Origin: Tubiluchus corallicola
Lineage: Eukaryota; Animalia; Priapulida
Reading direction: 5' to 3'
Assembly: GCA_030141605.1 (NCBI GenBank)
Contig: JAQGDQ010002367.1
Coordinates: 434,001 to 498,000 of the forward strand
DNA length: 64,000 bases
The notes beneath the pieces were generated by a model. It searched no databases and was not told the origin of the DNA. It saw only the letters and a list, made by a program, of their open reading frames with translations. Made by a program: the position numbers and the translations under genes. Shown here piece by piece: positions 13,301 to 26,089 of the stretch (positions are counted from its first letter, which is position 1; every line of letters starts with the position of its first letter).

Positions 13301-16300
13301 GCGAGTAATTTGAAAATACTTATCCTTGTGTTATAATTTTTTGCAAACTTACAGCATACACAGCAATTTTTGTTTGTGTTTATAATGGCAACAGGTGACA
13401 GGACTGGCCACTTGCACTTTATTATTTGAGCCTGTGAAGCAAGTGGGTGACAGCTAATTTCATACAAAATTTGTGCTTTGCTAAATTATATCTAAACTAA
13501 ATTATATTGTTAAAATATATTTTTGCTCAAAATTAAAACCTAACAAACCTGCCCTAGAAATTTGTTTCAAATTGAATACCTTTACAGTCATGCATAACAA
13601 AGTTTAGGCAAAATTTTCACATTGCAAGTGATTTGTTTCAAATTGAATACCTTTACAGTCATGCATAACAAAGTTTAGGCAAGATTTTCACACTGCAAGT
13701 GATTTGTTTCAAATTGAATACCTTTACAGTCATGCATAACAAAGTTTAGGCAAGATTTTCACATTGCAAGTGATTTGGCTTGGTGACGGTCTGGCAGTTG
13801 ATAATTACCAAAATGGCTGACTTAATAATTCTTAATGACTAAATATTAAAATTAAAAATTAATGTTTCGGTAACATATGCCTACCATTTTGAACAGCAGA
13901 ATATTTGTAAAATGTACTTAGAAATCTAATAACATTACAGGACAATCCAGAACAAATAACCATTTCTATCTGCAGCCTTACGATCACTTGGCAGTTACAG
14001 TGCCTACCATGGCTTCATACTGAATATGTTATGGCGTATTGTGATGTTAAATTTACAATAACTAAGCTATGTCGTGAAATGAAATTTTGTTTTTTGTGTC
14101 TCTATTTGATTTCCCACCCATAATTATCCTATTATTTGTTTTTTGCTTATATATTTTTGTTTATTTAGTATTTGTTGACATTTCAGCATGATGCAAGAGA
14201 AAAAGAAAATGCTGAGAAAAAGAAAGTTGTAGTCGAAAAACGTGATACGAGGGTATTTCGTGAGGTTTGGACTCATCCTAATGGAACGGGAAGTCGATCT
14301 GGTCCGGATGCAGAAGGGCTTCCGGAATTAGAGCGATTGTCTGTTGTAGAGGTGTGAATGAGCTTCTAGGTTGAGTTTCGCTAATGTTAATTTCCATCTT
14401 TGTACAGTAGCAGACTGAAACTGAGTTTACTTTTACTTATTTGTCTTAAAATTGTGTTTTGTGAGGTAAAATTTGTCTTTTGACTGAGTGATTAATATTT
14501 GCACTAGTAACTCAGCAAAACACCCAACTTTTAAATGGGATTAAACTGAAATTGGCACATAAACATTTTAATTTACTGTACGTAACTGGGTACCGGTATT
14601 GATATCGGCTAAGCTAATAGACACCACTTTGTAGTACTAGGCTGGCTGATAGGGTTCCTGGGCTTTGTGTGTGTGGTAAAACTTATATTGTAAACCGTGT
14701 GTTCTAAAGTTCTTCTGAAGTACTTGAATAATAAGCTGCTGTTGCCGCTACTGTCACCTCTGTAGAGGGAGCATTTATGCACATCCAAATGAGGCTGAAC
14801 AACTTTGCTTAGTAGGTTGTTTTAGAGGGATATTGTTGATAAAGAGTCAGTCTCAAGTCAGTTACAAATATCTCTTTGTATAATCATGCTTCCAGCATGC
14901 ATATTATGAAGAGAAAGTATGTGTATTGATGAGTAGTTTTTCAGCTAAAAATAATTTTTGACGTAAAAACAAGATTTGCTAACCATCTTCTAATTCTCTA
15001 ATCAAACTTGCTGAGTGGCAGTTGTTCTCATTCTTCCTGATGGAAATAATTTTCAAAGTAGTTCAAGTGCCTTGTAACAAAGTTCTTTCTAAAGAGTTAT
15101 GAAATTCCTTCTAAGATCCTAAACGAAGTGCCACACAAGACTTTTTTGTTCATAGTACTCGAGCAAAAGTTATTGTTTGTGTAAATGGGGGAAATGCCAA
15201 TTGCATAAAATCTAAATAACACCATGCAGTTAAATGCTAGGTGTCTTCTATTTTTCTGAAACTATAAATTTTAATCTTTCACTCTGTGTTACACATTTTT
15301 AGCGTCACAGCATGTGAAACTGAGAGCATAACATATGCAAAAAAGCTATACTTGCAATATTTTGACTACCTTCATTCAAGTTTTAAACAAATTTCCAATA
15401 AATATCAGTTGTGGAATATTTTTGCACAGTTGATTTTTTATTCAAGTTTAAGTAAAAATAATTTTATATTAAATTTATAACTGAAATATTTTTTGCAATT
15501 TGGCTATAACGTTAATAGCAGACTATGTCAATATTTGCAATTTTTTGTTTAAAATTTCTTTTAAAATTAGTAATTATTTTTCTAGCTAAGCAGAAGATTT
15601 GTGCAGAATTTTCTTCATGCCCATGGCAAATTGTTCACAAAGATAGGGTAAGTGGAATACTGTAGTTGCTGTATTACACATGTTAATTACTTTGAATAAT
15701 TTTTCATTTTCATTTAGAACTGTTTCATATAGATCTTTTTGAAGGCTGTCTCATCTTAATCATTTGCCATGTAGTTAGTGACCAGCTTATATATGTTTTT
15801 TGCACTGTTTAAGGATGGAGTCATTTCCAGTGGTAGCTTTGCAGTCTATGGAAGAATTTTATACACTGGTACAGCATGTTCCCTTCCCTATCAGCCTGGA
15901 AAATCTACTGCAGCATACTGTGATAAATATGTACAGTATACATAATACTGCATTGCGAAGTAAGCATTTTAGCTATAGTGATGTGTGGTGCTTGTACATA
16001 TCAAGTGTACATATCAAATAGTACAATTCTATCAAATGCTGCTATTTCATTTATCATGACTCTTTTCATATTAATGATTTTGGTTATTGTTTTATGTATT
16101 TTTGCATCTGTATTTTCTTTTTTTGTCCCAATGACCTTTTATTCATTTCAGTAACTCTGTATTCTATTCATTTTTCTACAAATTTTAACCTATAAATTTT
16201 AAATTATCTGTTTTAACTATTTTTATCATAAACTGTAACTGCAAATTTTTATTCAGCTTCATATGTAGCTATTTCTTTTAAATTATAACTGCATAATTAT

Positions 16301-19300
16301 TTTTATTGCGAGTGATTGCATGATTTTTTTTATCTTTTTCAATTTTATAGTAAAAAGCACTGACATCTTCATTTTGAGTGCATTTTTAATAAACTGTTAT
16401 TATTATTATTATTATTTATTTTTATAGGCACACAGGAAAGCACTGAAACCATTTCAGTACAACAGCTTCATGCTTTGAGTCTTGGCATGACAATGTTTGG
16501 TGTGTTAGTTCAACGATCACTAGTCTTGTTGCAAGCACACGTTTTGTCTTCACGATATCCAGAGGCAAGTTTCTTTTGAGACATTTTTGTTGGTTTTCTC
16601 ATTTCCTAGTTCTTACAAGCACTAGAGCCTCTGAGTGAAAAAAGAGGTTTTTTGTATAAACAAGCTTTTGCGGGATATGGATAAAAAAGCAGGCTATGGA
16701 TATGGACAAATTACTTTCACTTCTATAATAGATTCTATCCATGTATCGGGTCAAGCTGTGCTTTAAATTAGATTAAACTTTTTTAAATTTTGACTAAATT
16801 GTAAAAGTGGTGATGACACGTCCCTGGCATAAGAGCTTCCAGAATATTTGTTGACCCATCTGCTGAACTTCGCTGAAGTGGATACAGTGTTAGTCATTAA
16901 TTGGCCCATCCAGTATTTTCAACTGCTGGAAAGGCAAATAGCTGTAATAGAAGTAACATCTGAAATTCTGAAGCAAAATAGGTAATGTTTGGTCAGAGTG
17001 TGCGACGGCTTTCAAATCATCTTTCTTATTTTGTCTAATATATTCTTTTAAATAAAATTAACACTTAATGTATTATATTGTTTTGTAAATGACAAAATAC
17101 ATACTAGACATGTTTCTCGGGTTTTTTTTAAGACAGATTTGATCTTTTTCACTAATTTTTTGCATTAAGATAAATTCAATCAGTAATGACTAACCACCAC
17201 TTATATAAAAGTTTCTTTTGTTGGTGTGTTATTATCCTGCAACAGTACTTATAATTAGTATAGCATCATCTAGTTACTAGTACACTGTTGCGCTAAAACA
17301 CTTGCTTGTTGGCAGGGATGTTACCGAAATGAAATTTTCGATTCAGTTTGCCGATAATTACACTTTCGGTTAAGTTTCGGTTTTGGCAAAATTTATTAAG
17401 TATCGTAGCGGTAATTTTCAGATAATTTTCGGTAGCATTTTTCAGACATTTTACTGTATTTATCCAATGTACCTTTTCTCTTCTCCTAGATCTGAAAAAC
17501 CGCTGAAAAAAATCTTTGCTAAAATAGTTCGAATAAAGTGAAATTTCGTTTACATAACAGTTTGCTTTTCTTTGCCTTGCGTAACAGCAATGCTGCATAT
17601 CTTTAGTGCTGGCCACTGTGATGTTTTAGGGTTTCCAGGCCCAATCAACCGAAATATCAAACCATGTTTGAATTTAATTGAGCAAAATCGTTTTTATTTT
17701 TATAATTTACGAAATATAGGCAACAAAATATCTACAAAATAAAATTTCTTTATTTTAATGAAGCATTATGATCTTTAAAAGTTAATCATTAATGTTACTT
17801 AAATCCAAAAACGTTGTAACACATTAATTTTCTAATGTAAGCCACTCCAACAAACTTGAGGTTCTATACTATAAGATATCCTTGTGTTTTCTATCAGTAA
17901 TTTTGCTTCACAACAATTAAAAGCAGACAAACAAAAAGCAAAATATTTTAGTTACTTTAGAATTTTCTTTTTTCCCATTTTGATACTAGTTATTTTTGCA
18001 AAAATGTTTCTGTTCAGTTTCGTTTTGGTATCGGTTTCTTATATTTGATAAATTTCGGTTTCGGTTTGTAAATCCAGTTTCGGTAGCAACCCTGCTTGTT
18101 GGTCAGTCTTTGGTCTGTTTTTGCTACTGTTGCATTCGCTTCAGTAGTGCAGTTAAATCGTCTAGTGGCTTTAAAATAATTCAGCAGTTAGGCACGAGTA
18201 TAATACAAACTTGCTACTATTAAACTTTTGTTTACAGGAATTATTGAGTGATGATCTTCACCAGATTATTCCTGCTATACATGTTTGGATGCAGTGGATG
18301 ACATTGAATGTGAAACTATGGACACTGCCTGCTGTTATCAACAATGATCTCACTTCCAAGTATTTATTTTTCTTCTGCAGTTCCATAATTTATTGATTAA
18401 TAACTTATATAGATTATGATCTTGTTTTGTGATGTTAGTTTATGGGATGATCATAACCACATCCCTTATTTAGAGGGTTTTTGAGAGTTTGTTTTGTGGA
18501 TAGCTTTCAAAATCTAATTCTTTTCTGTCTGGATTTTGATGATTTAGTTCATAATATTGTTTTCAAATTTATGTTGTTGTATGTGTAGTTACTATTGCAA
18601 TTCTTCATGATGAGAAAATGTGTTACCCATGTGATCATACGTGTGTCAAAAAATCCGTTTTTTTATGATTTTCAAATGCTATTGCATCCTGTCTTATAAA
18701 AATTCGTAATGTTCGTGTTGTCTTGGTGCCATTTTGTCAAACATAATGTGTGATCTACACGATCATAATTTCTTTTGAGCAGAGAATAATACTAATTTTG
18801 TTTCATCAGTATCAGGTGATCCAGTCACTGTTATGTTGTCATCTGCTATACAATTGGTCTTGTGAAGAAATCCAAAATTTTTATCTTCTTGCTTTCACCA
18901 TATTTCTGTCTGTACTATTCACAGTTACCAGGAACGTTTTTAAACTGCTGTTCTGTAAATAAGCATAAATGCTTTTACTCAATGTACTTGATTGAAACTA
19001 ATGCATATAGCTTCATTAGCATGTCTGTAAAATGTTTCATAAAATTGTATCTACTTCATCTAGTTGTAATTCGTTTACTCAACATGTAGAAGAAACAGGC
19101 AGGCAGGTGCATTAATTGCCTGTTCATGAAATTCTAATATTTTTTGTGTAATTTTACTTTCTGCATTTCTAGTGTTTGATTGCTAAACATTTTTACAACT
19201 GGAATTATTTTTTTATAGAAAGCACATGAATTTCATGGGTGCTGCTGCTAATCTGTTTACTCTAGTCGCTCAGTTGAATACCTCTCAAGTTAACCTGTTG

Positions 19301-22300
19301 GAGAAGCCATTCCCTCAGTATGAACCTGTCGTATTGCCAGAAGAATCGCTTGTATATGGCTTCACACCTCTCATGTCAGTTGGGATAGCGCCGAAATATG
19401 TAGATAGCTCTGTAAATAAAGTGAGTTATACCTTAAATAATAGAATTTTACATAATGAATTTTAGAGAAATTTGGCTATATAATTATTTATCAAAATAAC
19501 TGAATGATTGATACGAAGAATTGTTAAAAAAAATTCAGGATCTGCGAACATCGATTGACAGAAAATGAAATAAATCTCTTGATCATAAAAGAAGTTAAAA
19601 TGCCCATAAATCTTAAAAAATATTTATTTTTTCTTCAGAAGCTTTCGTCCTCTCGGACCTCACCAGTTGCGTGAAAAGATACAATAATAAAAAATTACAG
19701 ATGAAACTACATATAAAATAATAGTTTCATCTATAATTTTTTATTATTGTATCTTTTTGTGACCATGGCAAATCTCAGAAGAGCTGTATCTTATATTCAA
19801 GCTAAAATCTCTTTAAGTTGAAAAGTCTGATAAAGTTATATCATATTTTTTTGCACGTGTAGTGAAAGTCAAACTGCTGCTCAAGTAAAACAAGAACAAT
19901 AATGTGATCACTACAAGCTTCATGACTCATGAGCTTGGTAAAAATGCACGTGGATAAAAGGTTACTTTATACATTTTCTGGATAATTGTATTGTTAATTA
20001 CTGTTACTGTCTTTATTACCATTTATTTCATTGTACAGCAAACAAGTAAATGTTTCTGTTATCATGTTATACCTGAATGTTGATCCTGCAAAACAGCTCA
20101 TTGCACATGCTTTGTACCAAAACTTAGGTCATTGTAGTTTCTGCAGCTAAAGACAGCAGCAGTTGTAAATGCAATTGTTACTCTGCTCCACTGGGTGTAT
20201 ACCTTTACCTGTCATTTATGGCAGACAAAATCAATGTTTCAGTCTCCTAGCTACTAGCAAACTTGAATACATGTTGTTGGCAAGATATAAGTCCATAAGT
20301 TTTTTAGTTTTTGTTCCTGGAACATTTTTCAAATTTTTCAGTTTTTCTCTTTGATTGCAAAGATTTTTGTACAGTTCTTACACCAACTAACGTATTCACG
20401 GAGCTCAGCATCTGTTATTGTCTTGTTTGTTTGTAAATAATGTTTGTCGAATATTAATATTTTTTTAGCATTTTGCCTGAAAAGATACTTTTCAACTTTT
20501 TGCTGAGCAGTGTTTAGTAGTGTTTAAGAACTATGATTTAATAGCTAACAGTTTTTAAAATTGATTATGACCGTTGCATAATCTTAACATTTTTAAATTA
20601 TCTTGCTACTTTGTGGTCTAAACAAAAAATATTGAGAATGAAATTTTTTTACCATTAGAAAGGAAATTTAATGTACTTTCAGAAATTAATCATAAAAATG
20701 CTCCTGGTGAAAAAAATGAGGCTTAATGGACACTTTGTCTTCTTCACGATTATGACCATGACACAGATCAGAAGAGCACTAGCTTATTTTCATACTTTCA
20801 GAAATTGTATACTTTTTCTCGATTTTGTAGTTAATGTGAGTACTATTAACATTCTTGAACAAGCATGTTGAAAATGCTTAAACATTTATAATGGTGAAGG
20901 AGTTAACTATAGAAATTTAAATTTCGGTTATTGATGATAGTGTTATTTTGATTTAGGATCTGGCAAGAGACTACACTCGCATGCAGAATATTCTGAAGTT
21001 TGGTGACTATCTGTGCGGCCTTGATGATCCTGTGATGCAATTCAATATACAAACTCATGAATATGAACCACTCCTCATCCCTGTGGAGGAAGGTGGTTCA
21101 TCAGAACATAATTCTGACAGTCGCCAGTGTAGTGACAGTGATACTGTAAGACTAATTTAATTTTTTATTTTATTTGTTTCTTAAGAAAATGTTAATAGTC
21201 AAGTAGAAAGCCAGGAGAGCATGAAACGAGATGGTGTGAATTTTGTTTTACCACAGGATTTCAGTAGATTTAATTTAACCAAATTACAAAAAAAACATCT
21301 AACTCCAAAATAAAGTTCCAATTTTTTTTTTTTTTTTGCCAAAGTTTTGGTCAGAGGGAGAAAGCACAACCATTTTAAGCCAAAGTCAAGCCAACCCTGG
21401 TCCAAAAAAATAATTTCCTAGTTCTGAGACGTATCAATCCATCAATCAAATTTTGTCTAAAAAAGTCGGGCTAATTATTATACATTAATATGATTACATC
21501 CTTGTGGAGCTCAATCAAGTTCACAAAACACATTCAAAACGCAACACAACATATTATTTTATACTGTTGGGCCATTTATCAGCCATTATCTAACACTCAG
21601 TTACATGCTTGCCTGATGTAGATGGTTGTAGTGGGACCAAAAAAGTCATTACCAAGGATTAATGTCTGTTTTACTGAGAGAAGGTATGGAGATGTTTCCT
21701 GCATGCTCAGATGTGAAACCTACTCCATGAACAAGGAAACAGCTAGAATTAATACAACAAATGAAACTAACAGAAACAGTTTTCCAAATGATCACTCATC
21801 TATTTACTTTTGTCAGTAATCACACATTATGATCACTTATCTATCCATTAGAAATTTAGAAAACAAGGTTATATTCTGTTGAAGCATATTTAGCTTATTA
21901 CATTCATTTCACAGTCTAGTAATTGCTAAACCATAACTGGTCTGCATTTAATTTTACATATTATTGAGAATTTTTGTGTTTTTTTTGGGGGGTTTTTGAA
22001 CTTGATCCTGTTTGGTCAATTAAAATGATTCTTTGAAATTGTAAATTTTCAGGAGCAGCTGGAAGAAGTTGAAGAAGTGGTCGGAGATATTGATGACGAG
22101 CATGTTCGTGCACTTAGGGAAAAAAAGCTGGCTTTGGAAAAAAAGAGAGAAAAACACGAACGTCGTCATAGCAAGAACAAGGTTTGTATAATATTTGCAG
22201 TTTAAATGCTGCTTAAATACCTATATTACTTGTACATTCGTTTGCTGCTGTATCACACTTAGCTCAAATATTTATTTATTTGTAAAATTTAGCAATAATG

Positions 22301-25300
22301 AGGTGAGAATTTATAAGTAAGATTAATCTTAAAACATTAGTGCTTTTATCTGTGCAAACTAGCAGTAATTGACATACATTTGAGATAATTTCCCATTACT
22401 CATTTGCATTATTAATTGGTATATTTGCTAGTGATTACATTTTTCTCTAGGCTGTGCTGGAAAAAGAGCATAAAGCACGACCTTCAGTGATTAATGTCTA
22501 TCCACTTTACCTCATCCCAGATACTAATAGCTTTGTCAACCACTTGGCAGGATTGCAAACAGTTGTCCTATGGGAAAGCTATACTCTTGTTGTACCTTTA
22601 GTTGGTATGGATATTTACCTCTACAAATTATTAACAGAGGTTAAGTATCATACATGTGCTGTCAGTTTCATTTAATTTCTCTATCTTGAATGCTTGTTAG
22701 GCAATTGTGACCGAACTGAATATGTAATTTTCGATACTTCTAGAATCTCGCATGACTTCAAAGCTGTCTTTGGAAGTTATCATTGTTATCACCTGAGGAA
22801 GCCGTTATTTATGCCAAAACACTGTGGTTTAAAAATAAAGCAGTATTTTACAACAAAAATGCTGCTTTGTTCAGCTGGAGATACATACTATATACTGTAA
22901 ATCTCACATAATTATTGAGCATAAAAAGTGAGTGAAAGATAAATGTTTCCAATAAGAAACAAAATTCAGTAACTCTTTATTTCTGCGGGTAGTGGTGCTG
23001 GGAGCTAAGGTATTAATAAATGCATAGCTCGATGGTAGTATGCTCGCTTCCCATACGGGAGGTGGCGGGTTGAACTCCCGGCCGAGTCATATCGAAGACT
23101 TAAAAATGATGCCCCTGGTTCCTCGATCAAGCACGCGGTTTTATCAGGGTAACATGCAGATAATAATAATCTGGACCACCTTGCAAATTAATATTGATCT
23201 ACTGAAGGTGTTATCTCCGGACTGTGTCCTAAACGAAATTATTATTATTATTATAACAGTGTTTCATATTGGAAATTTTGTTGTCCATAAATTCATGTTT
23301 AACCCGATGTTTTATGTTTAGGAGCTCAAAAATAAAATAATATTTTTCGTTTTTTCTAGTTATAAATGAACTTGATGGCCTAATCAAGCGCTATCGTGAT
23401 GGACGCACTAGTCCGACTGAACATAATGAAAATGTGGCTTATCAAGCAAGAAAAGCCATCGAATGGTTGGAAGACTGCTTTAGTTACAGAAATTCACATG
23501 TGAGGGCGCTTACGGCTAAAGGTTCAGAGATGACCACAATTGCATATCGTAGTGAATGTGATGAAGATTTTGAGGTTTGTAGTAATGTTGTTCTAGAACA
23601 AGTAATTAGGGTAACATTGTTCGAATGAAATTTTGGGCATTTGTAATAAGCCTTTTCACAGTTTTGCTAACCAGGCAACGCATCTTAACTACAACCACGT
23701 AGTAGGAGCTACTAGCAAGATCTTGCTTGGGAGCAAGAAAAAATGAACTAGGTAGGGTTCTAGCTAGCTGTTAAAACTGTTACTATTATAATAGCATGGG
23801 CTGCGAAGCATTGTCAAATGTACACAAATGCGTTGCCTGGTTCTCTTAACCTTTGGCCTTTTCACGATCATCATCAATTGCCGGAACTGTGAAAAGGACC
23901 TGTGTATTATACAGGAATGAAACGAATGAAATTTTTGAAAACTAACAACAGTACACAAAAACTAACAGCCAGTCAAATGTTGAATGTATTGCATTTTCTA
24001 GGGAAACAATGATGATATCATCTTGTCTTGCTGCTTGCATTATTGTCATGACTATGCCAGGGATTTCATGCCTAAAGATGAAGGTAACTATGTGGATAAA
24101 TTAAAAACTTATGCAACTGTAGAACTTATGACAGCAATAACACAGATTAGTTTTTAACTAACCAAGACCTCACAAAAGGTTTTGCTCATAAATACACTTA
24201 TAATCAATAATGTGCAAACATCCTACATGGTGTTCATTTATTACCTTTGCACTTTTTACAAGGTGTTAGGTTTTTCACTAATTTTACTTAATGCAACTGC
24301 CTTTCAAACTAAGTTATAGGCAGAGTACAGTGTGATGAATCAGTACAATGTATTACATCATTGTAGCTTCCAAATGCGAATCTTTTAAAATGGAACCTTC
24401 ATTTAACTTGAGGGGTGTCTAGTGGAGGCATTGTAAAAAGTGTCATCTTGTATTCTCTTTCCGAAGAACTGTATATCTTGTTCCAATACCCTCACCAGGC
24501 GCTTCTAGAACATTTTCTGTACTTGGTGTTCAGTCAAAATTTCGAAAAGATCAGCAGGTTGAGTCAGGAAAAATACCCATTGCCAGCAGTCGTGGCCCTC
24601 CTGCAAATTCCAATTTATACGCCTACTACACCCGTCATTGAACGGGCTACCCAACTATTACAAGCACTGCCCATGTTCCTATTTCTTAAACTAAGAATTA
24701 TAAGTTTGAGTGAAGAACTGGCCTAAACTTCCATTTTTGGATGTTTTTTGCTCCCCGTTCCCTCGTTGGGCCTCAACTTAAAAAATGAACAATCAGTGGG
24801 ACAACACTAGATCATTGCCTTTCATTTGATATATACAGTATAACATCATTATAGGAACCCAGAGAAAAGTACCCTATAACCGAGGTACTCTGTAAGTATA
24901 CGTGGCCAACATGTATCTGACTACTAGATGGTCACTAAATAAAAGTGTATAAATAATGTACAATGTGTAACTTTGCAGAGATTGTAAAGTACTTCTAGAA
25001 GATCAAGTATCAACTACTTTGTATTATAATCAAATTGAACGAGTATTTTACGCATTTTCAAAAAACTAAAACATTAATAAATATTTCATTTTAAATTGCT
25101 TGTATATATAATGTGTGGTATATGATCAGTTGTAAATTTGCGTGACATGTTAAGTTATTGAGATTCAAAGAAGTCGGTCAATTTCGTCTGCACAAAATTT
25201 TAGCTTATCCGTTGTTTTTAATTGATTTTTGCAGCAAAGTATCCGCAGTAGGGTTCATTACTTTTAAACATCCCAGGAGTGCGCTGTCAGTGTACGTATA

Positions 25301-26089
25301 TGAACTAGGTGCCAAACTGTTTTTATACAGCTAGTAGACAAAATGGCTTTCGACACGCTATATTAAGAACTCCGGATGCTGCATGTCCAATAACTTTTTT
25401 GCAACACCAAGAGTGATGGGTTAAATTTAATTGTAAAATTAATTTGCAAATAGCTGGCAAAGGTAAAGCAGGCAAATAAAACTTATAATACATAGTAATG
25501 CAGGCAATGGGTGCGGCGAAAAGCCCGCAGTGCGCAATAACCAGATTTGCTGTATTCAAAGTTTGTTCCGTTTTGTCTGAGTTTGAATTACCAGTGTGTA
25601 CGCAATAAACTGTGTTTGCTATTTATAATGGTGTTATACTGTAGATCACCAAAAACAGTGCAATGATTGGAAAAGTAGTGTAGTCATAGAAACCGTATAT
25701 ACGTAAATCCATCCAAGGTATACTAGCGAAATTAACGTATTAGATGGCCAAGGTGATGAAAATGCATAAAAAATCCCACAATTAAAATTATTTCTGTTTC
25801 CTTTATTTTTTAAATTTGGAATCTTCTTTCTTCACAAATACACCACTGCTGCTGATCACTATAGTGAAGTTTCTTTTATTTTATGTAAAAATAGTTTTCT
25901 AATGATAAACGTTGCTTGAATAGAGTTCCTTTTTGCCCAAATTTTTCATTTTTTGCAGATTCTCCTATAGTAATTCAACGAGAAGTTGTGCTGTTAACGG
26001 AAGATAAAAATCTGTGTGTTAAAGCTCATGCTCATAATGTCCCTGTCACTGATGTCCCACCATTTATCAAGTGGGCAAATGCAAGGTAG
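1354..26089 (+). CDS. SMG6: SMG6 / EST1A, nonsense-mediated decay endonuclease (5'-incomplete, multi-exon)
   Basis: Phase-consistent exons: 1354-1492, 2025-2605, 2952-3841, 4043-4124, 5030-5268, 6656-6831, 7346-7456, 8163-9065, 9713-9868, 10142-10244, 10930-11022, 11528-11745, 12397-12475, 13050-13160, 14187-14351, 15586-15647, 15814-15959, 16428-16564, 18238-18359, 19219-19420, 20957-21145, 22053-22181, 22451-22604, 23360-23574, 24002-24083, 25959-26089 (TAG), about 1870 codons. Motifs: EJC-binding motifs KRPDRELYTP and RRPAQAIYVP; EST1/TPR region LGDIARYKEQ, YNQLALLA, LDAVYYYMRSL, FLHAHGKLFTKIG; PIN domain LIPDTN, VINELDGL, GNNDDIILSCCLHYC, VVLLTEDKNL. The first exon starts mid-codon, so the ATG exon was not found. 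N-terminal exons are less certain than C-terminal ones. Confidence 0.93.
2119..2382 (+). repeat. Coding minisatellite, 33 bp x 8 (SPNQSNNVGK[Q/H]) in SMG6 exon 2025-2605
   Basis: The unit tcacctaatcaaagcaa(c/t)aatgttggaaaaca(g/t) repeats in frame, with Q- and H-ending units alternating. Degenerate copies follow to about 2460. Confidence 0.95.
7483..7560. repeat. Short tandem duplication (about 38 bp x 2)
   Basis: aacatttctattttataagaaaacc..accca.tctta occurs twice in tandem. Confidence 0.8.
13561..13777. repeat. Intronic minisatellite, 71 bp x 3
   Basis: tttgtttcaaattgaatacctttacagtcatgcataacaaagtttaggcaa(a/g)attttcaca(t/c)tgcaagtga starts at 13561, 13632 and 13703; the copies are nearly identical. 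Confidence 0.95.
17313..18094. mobile_element. Non-autonomous hAT-type DNA transposon (MITE) in an SMG6 intron
   Basis: TIRs cagggatgttaccgaaa ... tttcggtagcaaccctg. Perfect 8-bp TSD cttgttgg at 17305-17312 and 18095-18102. Subterminal tttcgg repeats. No transposase. Confidence 0.88.
19674..19757. repeat. Near-perfect inverted repeat (36-bp arms)
   Basis: aaaagatacaataataaaaaattacagatgaaacta pairs with tagtttcatctataattttttattattgtatctttt, one mismatch. Confidence 0.85.
23022..23254 (+). mobile_element. tRNA-derived SINE, probably of the MetaSINE type
   Basis: tRNA-like head with A box (tagctcgatggtag) and B box (gggttgaactccc), then ccgagtcatatcgaagacttaaaaatg...aagcacgcgg, which resembles the Meta central domain as I recall it, and an (att)n tail. 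The superfamily call is from memory. Confidence 0.7.
24835..24893. mobile_element. Possible tiny Tc1/mariner-type MITE remnant
   Basis: ta-cagtataacatcattatagg ... cctataaccgaggtactctg-ta: imperfect TIRs starting CAG, flanked by TA. Confidence 0.35.

Noticed and set aside
23022-23100. Functional tRNA gene
   Set aside because: It lacks a proper acceptor stem and continues into a SINE body and (att)n tail.
24415-24726. 103-aa ORF in the last SMG6 intron
   Set aside because: It has no recognisable domain, and the flanking PIN exons join in frame without it.
25990-26012. PIN motif reads TED instead of human TDD, suggesting a dead nuclease
   Set aside because: The catalytic Asp is the second acidic position and is retained, as are the PDTN and NNDD aspartates.
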